Assembly: GCA_041666525.1 (NCBI GenBank)
Contig: JBAYGT010000001.1
Coordinates: forward strand, 196,157-260,156
Source: Negativicutes bacterium
GTDB taxonomy: Bacteria > Bacillota > Negativicutes > JBAXTZ01
Length of the DNA stretch: 64,000 nt
Direction of reading: 5' to 3'
The number at the start of each line of letters is the position of its first letter. Position 1 is the stretch's first letter. Both the position numbers and the translations under genes were made by a program. The notes beneath the pieces are model-generated. The model was not told where the DNA came from and searched no databases. It saw only the letters and a program-made list of their open reading frames with translations. This document shows, piece by piece, positions 1 through 9,644 of this stretch.

Positions 1-1367
1 CCTGAATTCACCTCGGTCACAACACCCAATTCCAGCCCATTATCTTTTAACGCTGCAACCGCATCTTTCCTGCTCAATCCTTTCAGATCAGGAATAACCG
101 TGTTTTCCCCACCTTTACTTACAACTAAAGTTATCGAACGCTGTTCTTTTACCAAAGTTCCGGCTTCCGGATATTGCGATATAATATATCCCAACGGAAC
201 AGTAGCGCTAAACCCGTCTTCAATACTAACCCGTAAATTTTGACTAAGCAACACATTTCGCGCAATATCAATCTGCTTACCAGAAACATCCGGAACGGTT
301 ACATCTGAACCACTCCAGAACTTTCCGTATGCCATGAAGGCACCTACCATAAACCCTAATGACATAATAACAACAAGCGTCAAGGCAATAAGCCACTTTG
401 ATTGTGTGGTTTTCCGGATCGGAGCCTGTTCATTCTTTACCACTTGTCGTTTATCAACTGATACATTATTAAGCTTTGGAATCACTTGTGTTACAAAATC
501 GGCATTGTCGATTTTTGAAGTATCCGACTCGCGCATATAAGACTTGGCGAGTTTGATGTCGTGTATTAAATCTTCAATCGACGCATAACGATTTTCCGGC
601 TGTTTTTCTATAGCTTTGGCGACAATCGCGTCAACAATTGCCGGAATTTTCGGATCGACCTGCTTAATACCGACAGGTTGTTCCTGAATTTGTTTCAATG
701 CAACACAAATAGGTGTCTCGCCGACAAAAGGCAATTTTCCCGTAAGGGTTTCATACATTAACACGCCGAGTGAATAAATATCCGACTGCTTGCTAACACC
801 GGTTCCTTGCGCCTGTTCCGGTGAAATATAATGAACTGATCCCATAATCGTACCGGTATGAGCCATCGTAGCTGAACTAACAGCTCGTGCAATTCCAAAA
901 TCCGTTACTTTCACAGTACCTTGATTGTCGATTAGAATATTGTGCGGTTTAATATCGCAGTGCACTATGCCATTGGCGTGGGCATTTTGCAAAGCCAAAG
1001 CTATCTGTAACGAAACCGATAGTGCCTTATCCGGAGAAAAGGCACTGCTTTTTTGCAATTTTTCTTTAAGCGTTTCACCTTGAACATATTCCATGATGAT
1101 ATAGTAAACGTCAGCCTCAGTTCCCACGTCATAAATACTTACAATATTAGGATGAGACAATCGTGCAGCCGATTGCGCTTCACGCCTGAATCTATCGATA
1201 AATTCTTTATCGTTTACATACTCTGTACGCAACACTTTTACAGCTACTTCACGTTCAAGCAAAGTGTCGCGGGCACAGTATACTTCAGCCATGCCACCGC
1301 CACCAATCCGGGAAACAACTTCGTAACGGCCCTTGTCACCTAGTAGTTTGCCTTCAAGATTCATCAT
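1..1367 (-). CDS. pknB: Ser/Thr protein kinase with transmembrane segment and PASTA repeats (PknB/PrkC/StkP-like); 3' end runs off window
   Basis: Not in the ORF track because there is no stop in the window. My reverse-strand translation from ATG at 1367..1365 gives MMNLEGKLLGDKGRYEVVSRIGGGGMAEVYCARD...VAVKVL...HCDIKPHNILI...DFGIARA...SPEQA, a Hanks kinase. A TM helix and PASTA-like repeats follow. RBS GGAGGTAA lies just upstream; the start overlaps the pbp stop. Confidence 0.85.
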   Translation of the reverse strand, partial: MMNLEGKLLGDKGRYEVVSRIGGGGMAEVYCARDTLLEREVAVKVLRTEYVNDKEFIDRFRREAQSAARLSHPNIVSIYDVGTEADVYYIIMEYVQGETLKEKLQKSSAFSPDKALSVSLQIALALQNAHANGIVHCDIKPHNILIDNQGTVKVTDFGIARAVSSATMAHTGTIMGSVHYISPEQAQGTGVSKQSDIYSLGVLMYETLTGKLPFVGETPICVALKQIQEQPVGIKQVDPKIPAIVDAIVAKAIEKQPENRYASIEDLIHDIKLAKSYMRESDTSKIDNADFVTQVIPKLNNVSVDKRQVVKNEQAPIRKTTQSKWLIALTLVVIMSLGFMVGAFMAYGKFWSGSDVTVPDVSGKQIDIARNVLLSQNLRVSIEDGFSATVPLGYIISQYPEAGTLVKEQRSITLVVSKGGENTVIPDLKGLSRKDAVAALKDNGLELGVVTEVNS

Positions 1368-2789
1368 TTACCTCCCAAGCGTGTCGATAATTATTTGCCG
1401 GGCCACTGATGCCGCAATTCCGGCACCATAACCGGCGTTTTCAGCAATAACTGCCACGCATACTTTCGGATTATCCACTGGTGCAAAACCAACAAACCAG
1501 CTATGCGATTCTCCGTGAGGATTTTGTGCAGTACCGGTTTTACCACCAACTCGAACACCGGGAATTCGCACAGAGGTACCAGTGCCGCGTTTAACAACTG
1601 CTTCCATCATATCCCGCACCGCAGTCATGCTGTCCTTGTCCGCGACAGAAAAATAACGTTGCGGATAAAATGTTTTCACCGCCTTGTCGTTCACCCTGAT
1701 TGAACTTACAAAATAAGGTAATTCCACAACACCATCATTAGCTATCGCAGCTGTAACCAACGCCATTTGTAGCGGTGTAACCAGTAACCCGCCTTGGCCG
1801 ATTCCAGTCTGTGCCAAATCACCATCACCTAATTTGTGTAAATCAGGAATGACAGCACTAACAGAATTGAGCACATTCGGAACTGATTGGCCAAATTTGA
1901 AATCGCGAAAATAACTTAACGTTTTACCTCTGCCGCTATCGATAGCCAATTGTCCGAAAAAAATATTGCAACTATCAATTAAAGCATCCTTGATGTTTAT
2001 CTTACCGTGCACTTCATGGTTATCATCAATCAACTCATAATCACCAATCTTAAGCTGACCGGCACAATCCATCGTTTTTTCTTGATCAATTACTCCATAA
2101 TGCAGCGACTCAGCTGCCATCATCGCTTTAATAGTTGATCCTGGCGGATACAAACCCTGCGCCGCCCGATCAATAAGCGGACTATTTTTATCATTTATCA
2201 GACTCTGCCATGAATCATCCAAATAATTCGGGTTGAACTCCGGTTTCGATACGAACGCTAAAATCTCACCGGTCTGCGGGTTGATTGCCACCGCTGCACC
2301 ATTATATCTGCCCAATGCATTATAGGCATTTAGCTGAACCCGCGCATCGATTGTCAGAACAACATCTGCGCCCTCAGTCTGCCACAACCGTGCAATTGGT
2401 CCAAACACCAACAACGAATTGTTGGCTCCGGACAACTGATCATCATATTGTGCTTCAATACCGGTTTTTCCGTATTTTTTACTGTAATATCCGGTGATAT
2501 TTGCAAAAGCAGCACCATAATCGTATATCCGATAATATTTGCCGTCGGCAGCTTTTACAGAATGTGCTAATACTACACCATTGCGATCAATAATTGCTCC
2601 GCGTTTTATGCTGTCTGCAAAAAAATAACTGCGTCGGTTATGTGTGTTATTGTTTAAAAAATCGGCATTAAATATCTGAACATAACACAAATACACCGCT
2701 ATTGCCGCAAACAGTAACAGCAGGAAAATGGCAACGTTATAGATGTTTTTTCGCTGTCGGTAATTACTCTCCAAATCATATTTCAACAT
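1368..2789 (-). CDS. pbpA: class B penicillin-binding protein (PBP2/FtsI-type transpeptidase)
   Basis: ORF-track product has an N-terminal TM, a dimerisation region and a transpeptidase domain with the STIK (SxxK) motif. Likely true start is the MLKYDL Met (ATG compl. 2789..2787), overlapping the rodA stop by 14 nt. Confidence 0.85.
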   Translation of the reverse strand: MLKYDLESNYRQRKNIYNVAIFLLLLFAAIAVYLCYVQIFNADFLNNNTHNRRSYFFADSIKRGAIIDRNGVVLAHSVKAADGKYYRIYDYGAAFANITGYYSKKYGKTGIEAQYDDQLSGANNSLLVFGPIARLWQTEGADVVLTIDARVQLNAYNALGRYNGAAVAINPQTGEILAFVSKPEFNPNYLDDSWQSLINDKNSPLIDRAAQGLYPPGSTIKAMMAAESLHYGVIDQEKTMDCAGQLKIGDYELIDDNHEVHGKINIKDALIDSCNIFFGQLAIDSGRGKTLSYFRDFKFGQSVPNVLNSVSAVIPDLHKLGDGDLAQTGIGQGGLLVTPLQMALVTAAIANDGVVELPYFVSSIRVNDKAVKTFYPQRYFSVADKDSMTAVRDMMEAVVKRGTGTSVRIPGVRVGGKTGTAQNPHGESHSWFVGFAPVDNPKVCVAVIAENAGYGAGIAASVARQIIIDTLGR

Positions 2790-4068
2790 AATTACACTCA
2801 CCGTCAGAAATTGCAAACAAAATCCCCAAAATAATGCTCGTTGAAACCATTGAACTACCGCCATAGCTTACAAACGGCATAGTAACACCGGTAAGCGGAA
2901 AAAATTTTGTTACACCGCCAATTATCAAAAAAACCTGTAACGCCAAGAAACAGGCTAACCCGGCAGACAACAGAGATAAAAAATTGTTCCGCGATAACAT
3001 AGCAATCCGAAAGGCACGGGTTATCAGCAAAGAATAAGCCAACAACACCGCAAGCGCTCCCAATAAGCCTAACTCTTCACCAATTGCTGCAAAAATAAAA
3101 TCCGTATGAACCTCCGGAATTAACGACGGATGTCCGAAACCGATTCCCGTTCCCCACAATCCGCCAGCAGCAAAGGCAAATAACGACTGCACTATTTGAA
3201 AAGCGCGTCCGTCAGGGTCTAACCATGGATTCAGCCAAATATCAACACGAACACGAACGTGCCAATATAATAAATAACAGACTATCGAGCCACCGAAAAA
3301 TACCAGCGCACCACCCAAAACGTAGATCAGCCTTCCGGTGCCAATATACATTAATAACACAGCGGTTGCAAAAAACAGTAATGCCGCGCCTAAATCTTTC
3401 TGAACAATCAAAACCAGCATCGCCATGCCCCAAAGTACAACTAGCGGCGCCAGAATTCGTTTATCTGGCAACCGCACAAATCCCAATTTCCAATCCGGAG
3501 CCGCAAACAACACCCGACGCTCATCCAAATACGCTGCCAAAAATATTACCATTAGTAATCGTGCAAATTCGAACGGCTCAAACCGAACCGGACCAATTAT
3601 CACCCAGTTGCGGCTCCCATTAATTTCCTCACCAAAGACCAAAGCTACTGCCAAAAGAACGATACCGAGAATTGCAATCAAATATTTATAGCGAAAAAAC
3701 CGGTTGATTTTTGCCGAAACTAACGCCGCTACAAGAAACGCAGCACCGCCGGTCACAACCCAGAGCGCCTGTAGCAAAAACAATTCCGGTTTCAACCGAT
3801 ATACAAAAATCAGTCCAACTGCACAAAGTAACCAACTCAAGCAGAGTATCGATCGGTCACCCTTTGGGTACAATTTGCTCGCCACTAACAACACTAATAT
3901 CCAGCTGAATACAATCAGAGCTGCGACAATTAGCGGAAATAAAACAAATCTATCCTTGATTGCCAACACCTGCAGCAAACCGCAAGCCAATATTAACCCA
4001 ATGAAAAAGGCAAACCCGATTGCCTTACTAATTGAAATATTAGAGATCATAAAATCCTCAAATTTCAA
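2776..4068 (-). CDS. rodA: SEDS-family peptidoglycan glycosyltransferase (FtsW/RodA)
   Basis: 430 aa polytopic membrane protein with typical FtsW/RodA/SpoVE sequence pattern. Overlaps the PP2C stop and the pbp start. Confidence 0.85.
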   Translation of the reverse strand: MKFEDFMISNISISKAIGFAFFIGLILACGLLQVLAIKDRFVLFPLIVAALIVFSWILVLLVASKLYPKGDRSILCLSWLLCAVGLIFVYRLKPELFLLQALWVVTGGAAFLVAALVSAKINRFFRYKYLIAILGIVLLAVALVFGEEINGSRNWVIIGPVRFEPFEFARLLMVIFLAAYLDERRVLFAAPDWKLGFVRLPDKRILAPLVVLWGMAMLVLIVQKDLGAALLFFATAVLLMYIGTGRLIYVLGGALVFFGGSIVCYLLYWHVRVRVDIWLNPWLDPDGRAFQIVQSLFAFAAGGLWGTGIGFGHPSLIPEVHTDFIFAAIGEELGLLGALAVLLAYSLLITRAFRIAMLSRNNFLSLLSAGLACFLALQVFLIIGGVTKFFPLTGVTMPFVSYGGSSMVSTSIILGILFAISDGECNYVEI

Positions 4069-4762
4069 TAATTATCGCAGTAATGTTATCTACACCACCG
4101 CTAATTTTGGCTAAATCAATTAACTCATTAACACGAATTTCAATGTTTTTTTCAGTTTGAGTAATTATTCTGCATATGTCTATATTATTTACCATGTTTG
4201 TCAAACCATCAGTGCAAAGCAACAGCCGGTCGCCACTGACGAGGTCCAGACGTCCGGTATCAGCATCAATTGCAGCATCCGCACCCAATGCACGTGTCAG
4301 CATATTCTTCCGGGGATGAACGTCTGCTTCACTGCGGGAAATAACCCCCCCGCGCACTAATTCCTCTACAAGTGAGTGATCTTCAGTGATTTGCTTTAGT
4401 ACTCCACTACGGCACAAATATAACCTGCTGTCACCACAATGCGCCCAATAACCGGTTTTGCCAACAACATACACTGCAGTTACGGTTGTACCAAGACCGG
4501 CACTCTCCAAATTAATCTGACCAAAATGCAAAATATCCTTATTAGCAATTTCCAATAGTTTTTTCATAGCGTTTTCTGGCGATAATTCACTAAAGTCATC
4601 AAGACGATTTGAAAGATAATCCATAGCCATCCGGCTTGCAATCTCTCCGGCCGCGTGTCCGCCCATACCGTCCGCAACAGCAAACAACGGTGCTTTTATT
4701 AAGAAACTATCTTCATTGTTTTTCCTGACAAAACCTTGATCTGATTTACCAAAAAACTGCAT
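4058..4762 (-). CDS. PP2C-family Ser/Thr protein phosphatase (PstP/PrpC/Stp-like)
   Basis: MQFFGKSDQGFVRKNNEDSF...AVADGMGGHAAGE... matches PPM metal-binding motifs. ATGA start/stop overlap with upstream fhaB. Confidence 0.85.
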   Translation of the reverse strand: MQFFGKSDQGFVRKNNEDSFLIKAPLFAVADGMGGHAAGEIASRMAMDYLSNRLDDFSELSPENAMKKLLEIANKDILHFGQINLESAGLGTTVTAVYVVGKTGYWAHCGDSRLYLCRSGVLKQITEDHSLVEELVRGGVISRSEADVHPRKNMLTRALGADAAIDADTGRLDLVSGDRLLLCTDGLTNMVNNIDICRIITQTEKNIEIRVNELIDLAKISGGVDNITAIIIEI

Positions 4763-5253
4763 TATTCCCCCTGCACAACAAACCGCGCCGGACCAATAGC
4801 TATTTCATCACCAATTTTAATGACTGCACTGCCTTCTAATTTTTCGCCATTTAACAGCGTACCATTGGTACTCCCAAAATCAGTTATTAAGTAGTTGCCT
4901 TTTTTAAAAGAAATTATTGCGTGTTCGGCCGAAACAGTTGGTGACGCAATAACGACATCGTTGTTCTCTGATCGTCCGATATTCAAATTCAAGTCTACAC
5001 GAAACAGTTCGCCCAAGCTTATACCGACAAGGTTTTCTGCTGCAACGACTTTCAAAGTAAGTGAGCCAAAATTTTTGGTTGCAGATTGTTTGACAGCTTT
5101 GAGATCCCGATAAATGTTTTTCGCCAACTTATAAAGAAACAAATACAAAAAAATCAAGATTAAATACTGCAAAATAACACCGGCAATATTAATCAAATAA
5201 CCAACACTGCCCAGGTTTTTCACAAAAGCAATCAATGCGTCAAGCATATTCAC
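4762..5253 (-). CDS. membrane-anchored FHA-domain protein (FhaB/FipA-like)
   Basis: N-terminal TM helix plus C-terminal FHA signature (IGR...D..I....VS..HA.I.......I.D.GSTNGT.LNG). Confidence 0.8.
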   Translation of the reverse strand: MNMLDALIAFVKNLGSVGYLINIAGVILQYLILIFLYLFLYKLAKNIYRDLKAVKQSATKNFGSLTLKVVAAENLVGISLGELFRVDLNLNIGRSENNDVVIASPTVSAEHAIISFKKGNYLITDFGSTNGTLLNGEKLEGSAVIKIGDEIAIGPARFVVQGE

Positions 5254-5256
5254 CTC

Positions 5257-6009
5257 TTACGTTTTTCGATAATTCAGTACAACGTTGCCGACTTTTATAT
5301 CATCACCATCGTACAACACTTTAAAAGCAATCCGTTTATTATTAACATATGTGCCATTGGCGCTCTCTGCATCGTATAAAATATGTTCGCCATTAATAAA
5401 TAATATATAAGCATGCAAGCGCGAGACAGTAGTATCATTCAGACGAAAATCGCAATTATCCCAACGACCGATGTTCACCCGTGTAGAACCGATTTTTAAT
5501 TCTTTACCGCAATCGTTCCCGAAATTACACACAAGCGTGGCTAAGTCGTCCTGTTTGTGGTACATATCCAATTCTTCAACAACTTTGTCAAAAACCGCCG
5601 TCTGAGTAGTAAATGCCTCGTCAGACACTGCATAATTTTGTGGTCGGTCGAAATCGGCAATTACCCGCAATAATTCGTCTTCATCTGTTTCGCCACAAAA
5701 AATATGCAATTTCAACTCACCGGCAAATTGATAATCTCGCTCCTGAACGTAGTGCCCGAGATATTCAATTAAAACGGTGGTAATCTCAACAATATCTGCC
5801 TGTAGAGGTAAATAATCATCTTCGTTAATATAAACCAAGAATTTATTCGGGGCAAAAACAATTCCGTCTTCTTCCGCTTTTATTTCTTCAACAGCTTTTT
5901 GCAGTTTAGCCGCAATATCTTCTACTTTGAAGTTTCCACTGAGCTTGCGATTGAAAAATCCGTCAATTTTTTTTTCGAGTAAATCTTCAACTTTTTTTAA
6001 TACACTCAC
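5257..6009 (-). CDS. FhaA-like protein (DUF3662 N-domain + C-terminal FHA domain)
   Basis: 250 aa; C-terminus TRVNIGRWDNCDFRLNDTTVSRLHAYIL...NGTYVNNKRI is an FHA domain; the N-terminus is the FhaA-type domain. Confidence 0.75.
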   Translation of the reverse strand: MSVLKKVEDLLEKKIDGFFNRKLSGNFKVEDIAAKLQKAVEEIKAEEDGIVFAPNKFLVYINEDDYLPLQADIVEITTVLIEYLGHYVQERDYQFAGELKLHIFCGETDEDELLRVIADFDRPQNYAVSDEAFTTQTAVFDKVVEELDMYHKQDDLATLVCNFGNDCGKELKIGSTRVNIGRWDNCDFRLNDTTVSRLHAYILFINGEHILYDAESANGTYVNNKRIAFKVLYDGDDIKVGNVVLNYRKT

Positions 6010-6058
6010 TTTGCACCTCGCCTACAGCAATAATATTTTTCACTCCGTTATCAAAAAA

Positions 6059-7387
6059 TTAACTTTTTCTTCGCAATAACGCTATAAAAAAACCGTCAGT
6101 TTGATCAGAAAACGGACGCATATTAATCATTATTTCGGACTTTTCTTCGCACGGCATCCGTTTTCCGGCATTAACTAATTCAAAATCATTATGCTCGCAT
6201 AAAAACCGTTCAACAACAGCTTCATTTTCGGTTGTATCAGTAGTGCATGTACTATAGACCATTTCGCCGCCGATACGTACCGCTTGCGCAGCACTGTTCA
6301 AAATATCACGCTGCAAATCATATAGTTCTCCGAATTGATCCGGTTGTTTTTTCCAACGCAAATCGGCTTTCTTTCGCAAAATTCCCAACCCCGAACAAGG
6401 AGCATCCACAAGCACCCGATCAGCTTGACGATAATATTTTTCTCCGATAGTACGGGCATCACAAAGCACTGGTTCAACAATCGACGCCCCGGCTAATCCG
6501 ACATTTTGGGTTATCATATCAATTTTATGTTGAAATATATCACAAGCCACAACCCGTCCACGATTTTTCATCAATGCTGCAATATGTGTAGTTTTGCCAC
6601 CCGGCGCAGCGCAACAGTCTATCACAAATTCTCCTGGCTGCGGATTGAGTACATACGCAACTAATTGCGAACTCTCATCTTGAATGACTACTGATCCTGA
6701 CTGTAATTCATTCAGCTCATCCAACCGCTCGATCCCCGATAACAGCAATCCATCCGGTGACCATTTGGAAAATTGTACCTGATAATTTTGAGCTTTTAGT
6801 TTTTGTTCAATATCAGCAATATTCGCAGTCAATGAATTTACACGCACCGATAACTCAGGTTTAGTATTATCAAATTCACACAGCTTTTCAGTTTGTTCAA
6901 AGCCAAACTGTTTTATCCAACGTTCTACCAACCAGAGCGGATGGAAGAACTTCAGCGCAATATATCTTGCTGGTTGTGTTTCCTGATCAGGGTATTTTAT
7001 TTTCTCCGGTTGACGAACTGCTGCGCGCATAACCGCGTTAACAAACTTCGCCGCACCGCCATTTGAATATTTTTTAGTCAAGTTAACTGCTTCGTTACAA
7101 GCCGCCGATACCGGGATCTTGTCAAGAAAAAATAACTGATAGTAGCCGATACGTAACACATTTAAAACTATTGGATCGATTTTTTTAATGCTATCAACAT
7201 AATGCGAAATAAACCAATCAAGTGTACCTAATGCTTTTATCGAACCATAAGTCAGTTCTACAAATAACTTTCGGTCTTTATCCGGTATCGTTGCACTACG
7301 GAGCATTTTTGCAACTGCGATATTCGCGTACGCCTTATCAATCATAACTGCATTTACAGCAACTAACGCTGCCTCACGTGCATTCAT
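6059..7387 (-). CDS. rsmB: 16S rRNA (cytosine967-C5)-methyltransferase RsmB/Sun
   Basis: 442 aa; NusB-like N-domain and SAM methyltransferase core with DxCAAPGGKT and the catalytic Cys region. Confidence 0.85.
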   Translation of the reverse strand: MNAREAALVAVNAVMIDKAYANIAVAKMLRSATIPDKDRKLFVELTYGSIKALGTLDWFISHYVDSIKKIDPIVLNVLRIGYYQLFFLDKIPVSAACNEAVNLTKKYSNGGAAKFVNAVMRAAVRQPEKIKYPDQETQPARYIALKFFHPLWLVERWIKQFGFEQTEKLCEFDNTKPELSVRVNSLTANIADIEQKLKAQNYQVQFSKWSPDGLLLSGIERLDELNELQSGSVVIQDESSQLVAYVLNPQPGEFVIDCCAAPGGKTTHIAALMKNRGRVVACDIFQHKIDMITQNVGLAGASIVEPVLCDARTIGEKYYRQADRVLVDAPCSGLGILRKKADLRWKKQPDQFGELYDLQRDILNSAAQAVRIGGEMVYSTCTTDTTENEAVVERFLCEHNDFELVNAGKRMPCEEKSEIMINMRPFSDQTDGFFIALLRRKS

Positions 7388-8186
7388 TCGTTTTGCCTCT
7401 CTGCGGCAAGCCGCCGATTAATTCCAGCAATCGCGCCTCAACCTCAGCTACGTCAACATCGGTGTTGAAACACGGCCCGTTCGGTCGCTTATTAAGTATA
7501 CCAATTGTCGGCAATGGAAAAACATCCTGTAGTCCCGAAGTCAAATCTTGCTCACAAGCCACTGCCAACACCGCTTGTGGTCGGATATCGCGAATTTTCT
7601 TGCGCGCCAACGTCCCACCGGTAACCACAGCCATCGCTACACCATAACGCTCCGTTAACGCCAATAACTCGGCAATTTTGCAACGTCCACAACGCAAGCA
7701 ACTGTTCGCATCAATATTGATTCGAACAGTGCAATCTGCCAGTTGAATACAGTGTGGTAAAATCAACAAAACTTTCTCCGGACGAACTATCCGGTCTGTC
7801 GGTCTGTTTAATTTATTAGCCATCTCAACAAAAGACAGCATCATCATTTCGCGGGAGTATCCGAAAGTTTTTCCTATTTTAATTATTAACGGAAACAATA
7901 GTGAATTTAACAACCAGGTCTGTCGAAACAAACACGGTGGAACAGGAACGCGAGCTGCCCGTAAAAACAATGTCACAACTAATATAACGATATATAACGA
8001 CAGGCAAGCTGTTATAACCTCAATCGAAACAACTGCCAAATGACCGAATGTTTCAAACCCCTGACGAGTAAGTAAAAATAAAGAAATCAACAACATTATC
8101 AACAGCACGCAGACAAATGTAAACATAATGGCGAACACACTCGAATTTGTTTTACTCAAAAACGACACCTCGCACAATTTTCCCAC
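7374..8186 (-). CDS. DUF116-family membrane protein with Cys-rich motif
   Basis: Hydrophobic N-terminal half, CLRCGRC motif; occupies the fmt-rsmB gap as in many Clostridia-type genomes. True start is probably an internal Met. Confidence 0.6.
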   Translation of the reverse strand: MGKLCEVSFLSKTNSSVFAIMFTFVCVLLIMLLISLFLLTRQGFETFGHLAVVSIEVITACLSLYIVILVVTLFLRAARVPVPPCLFRQTWLLNSLLFPLIIKIGKTFGYSREMMMLSFVEMANKLNRPTDRIVRPEKVLLILPHCIQLADCTVRINIDANSCLRCGRCKIAELLALTERYGVAMAVVTGGTLARKKIRDIRPQAVLAVACEQDLTSGLQDVFPLPTIGILNKRPNGPCFNTDVDVAEVEARLLELIGGLPQRGKTNECT

Positions 8187-9087
8187 TGTTGACGAAAACT
8201 TCTACCGCTTGTTTTGCCGCTCCGGCAAGCTGTAGTTCCTCGATTGCAACGCAGCCGTCGCCGCATATTACAAAAATTCCACCACGATTAACCTCAACAA
8301 CTTCACCCGGAAAACCGTGAAATTTAATATCACTAACTGTAGCACGCCAAATTTTCAGCACTTTTCCGGCAAAACCAGTACAGGCACCTGGCCAAGGATT
8401 CAATCCGCGCACCAAGTTAGCAATCTTCGTTGCCGATTGCGTCCAATCTATCTGCTCAGTTTGTTTATCAATTTTCCTGGCATAGGTAGCAACGCTGGAA
8501 TCTTGCGGTTGCGGAACGATGCTTCCTGCCAACCATTTACCAATTGTATCAACCAGCAGCTCCGCGCCGCTATACATCAACCGGTCGTGCAACAGCCCTG
8601 TCGTGTCGGTTTGTCCGACGATTAGCTTCTTTGATGCAAGCACTGCACCAGTATCAATACCTTCTTCCATTAACTGGATTGATATTCCGGTTTCTGTCCC
8701 ACCATCGATAATCACCCGGTGAATCGGTGCGGCACCGCGATATTTTGGCAACAGCGATGCATGCACGTTTACGCAGCCAAATGACGGGATTTTCAGTAGT
8801 GCTTCAGGCAAAATTTGTCCATAAGCAACAACAACAACAATATCTGGCGCTAATTCACGCAAATGCAGTTGGCTCGCCTCGTCGCGCAATTTTGCGGGCT
8901 GAAAAACAGGAACATCCAGCAAAATAGCTCGCTCTTTAACTGGCGAAAAACTCATTTTGTTACCCCGTCCGCGCGCCCGGTCCGGTTGTGTGTACACGCC
9001 GACTATGTCATAGCCCTGATCAAACAAAGCCTGCAGACAAGGCACTGCAAATTCAGGTGTTCCCATAAAAACTAATCGTTTTTTCAA
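8152..9087 (-). CDS. fmt: methionyl-tRNA formyltransferase
   Basis: MKKRLVFMGTPEFAVP...HASLLPKYRGAAPI; 311 aa. Confidence 0.9.
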   Translation of the reverse strand: MKKRLVFMGTPEFAVPCLQALFDQGYDIVGVYTQPDRARGRGNKMSFSPVKERAILLDVPVFQPAKLRDEASQLHLRELAPDIVVVVAYGQILPEALLKIPSFGCVNVHASLLPKYRGAAPIHRVIIDGGTETGISIQLMEEGIDTGAVLASKKLIVGQTDTTGLLHDRLMYSGAELLVDTIGKWLAGSIVPQPQDSSVATYARKIDKQTEQIDWTQSATKIANLVRGLNPWPGACTGFAGKVLKIWRATVSDIKFHGFPGEVVEVNRGGIFVICGDGCVAIEELQLAGAAKQAVEVFVNSGKIVRGVVFE

Positions 9088-9549
9088 TTACGCCTCCGCG
9101 TTGGGCATTGCTAAACTAATTGCTTTTTCGGTAAACAACACTCCGTCTAAGTGATCAATCTCATGTTGAAATATTCGAGCCAACAACCCACTGCAAATTA
9201 ACGATACTTTCCTCATGCTGCGATCCAACCCTTCAACAGTGATTTGCTCATATCTGCTCACAGGCCCGGTAAATCCCGGACAACTCAAGCACCCTTCTTC
9301 ATCAACTACGCTACCTGACGCTTCAGTTATTACCGGATTAACCATTTCAATCAATCCATTACCATCATCAACAACAATTATTCGCACGGCAAAACCGATT
9401 TGCGGCGCCGCCAACCCAACACCGTCGTGAGCATACATTGTATCAGCCATATCATTAAGCAGACATCGCTCATTACGACCGACAAATTTTACTTCGTCAG
9501 CTATCTGTTTCAATATCGGTGCACCGGCTACTACAACGTCCAAAACCAA
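9088..9549 (-). CDS. def: peptide deformylase
   Basis: 153 aa; GVGLAAPQIG, EGCLS, QHEIDHL motifs. Confidence 0.9.
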   Translation of the reverse strand: MVLDVVVAGAPILKQIADEVKFVGRNERCLLNDMADTMYAHDGVGLAAPQIGFAVRIIVVDDGNGLIEMVNPVITEASGSVVDEEGCLSCPGFTGPVSRYEQITVEGLDRSMRKVSLICSGLLARIFQHEIDHLDGVLFTEKAISLAMPNAEA

Positions 9550-9616
9550 TTCAACCCCCAGTAAACAATGAATTTAGCTTTTATTTTAACACACGCCAAC
9601 ATTTATTGGAATAGAG

Positions 9617-9641
9617 AACGGCAGAGTATTACTCTGCCGTT
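9617..9641. terminator. weak stem-loop in the trmH-family/def gap
   Basis: aacggcagagtattactctgccgtt perfect hairpin; flanks are only moderately U-rich. Confidence 0.3.
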
Positions 9642-9644
9642 AAA

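Noticed and set aside
3225-4114. Plus-strand ORFs of 132/88/136 aa antisense to rodA and PP2C
   Set aside because: Low-complexity, Asn/Pro/Ser-rich translations lying entirely inside well-supported minus-strand genes; typical antisense frame artefacts.
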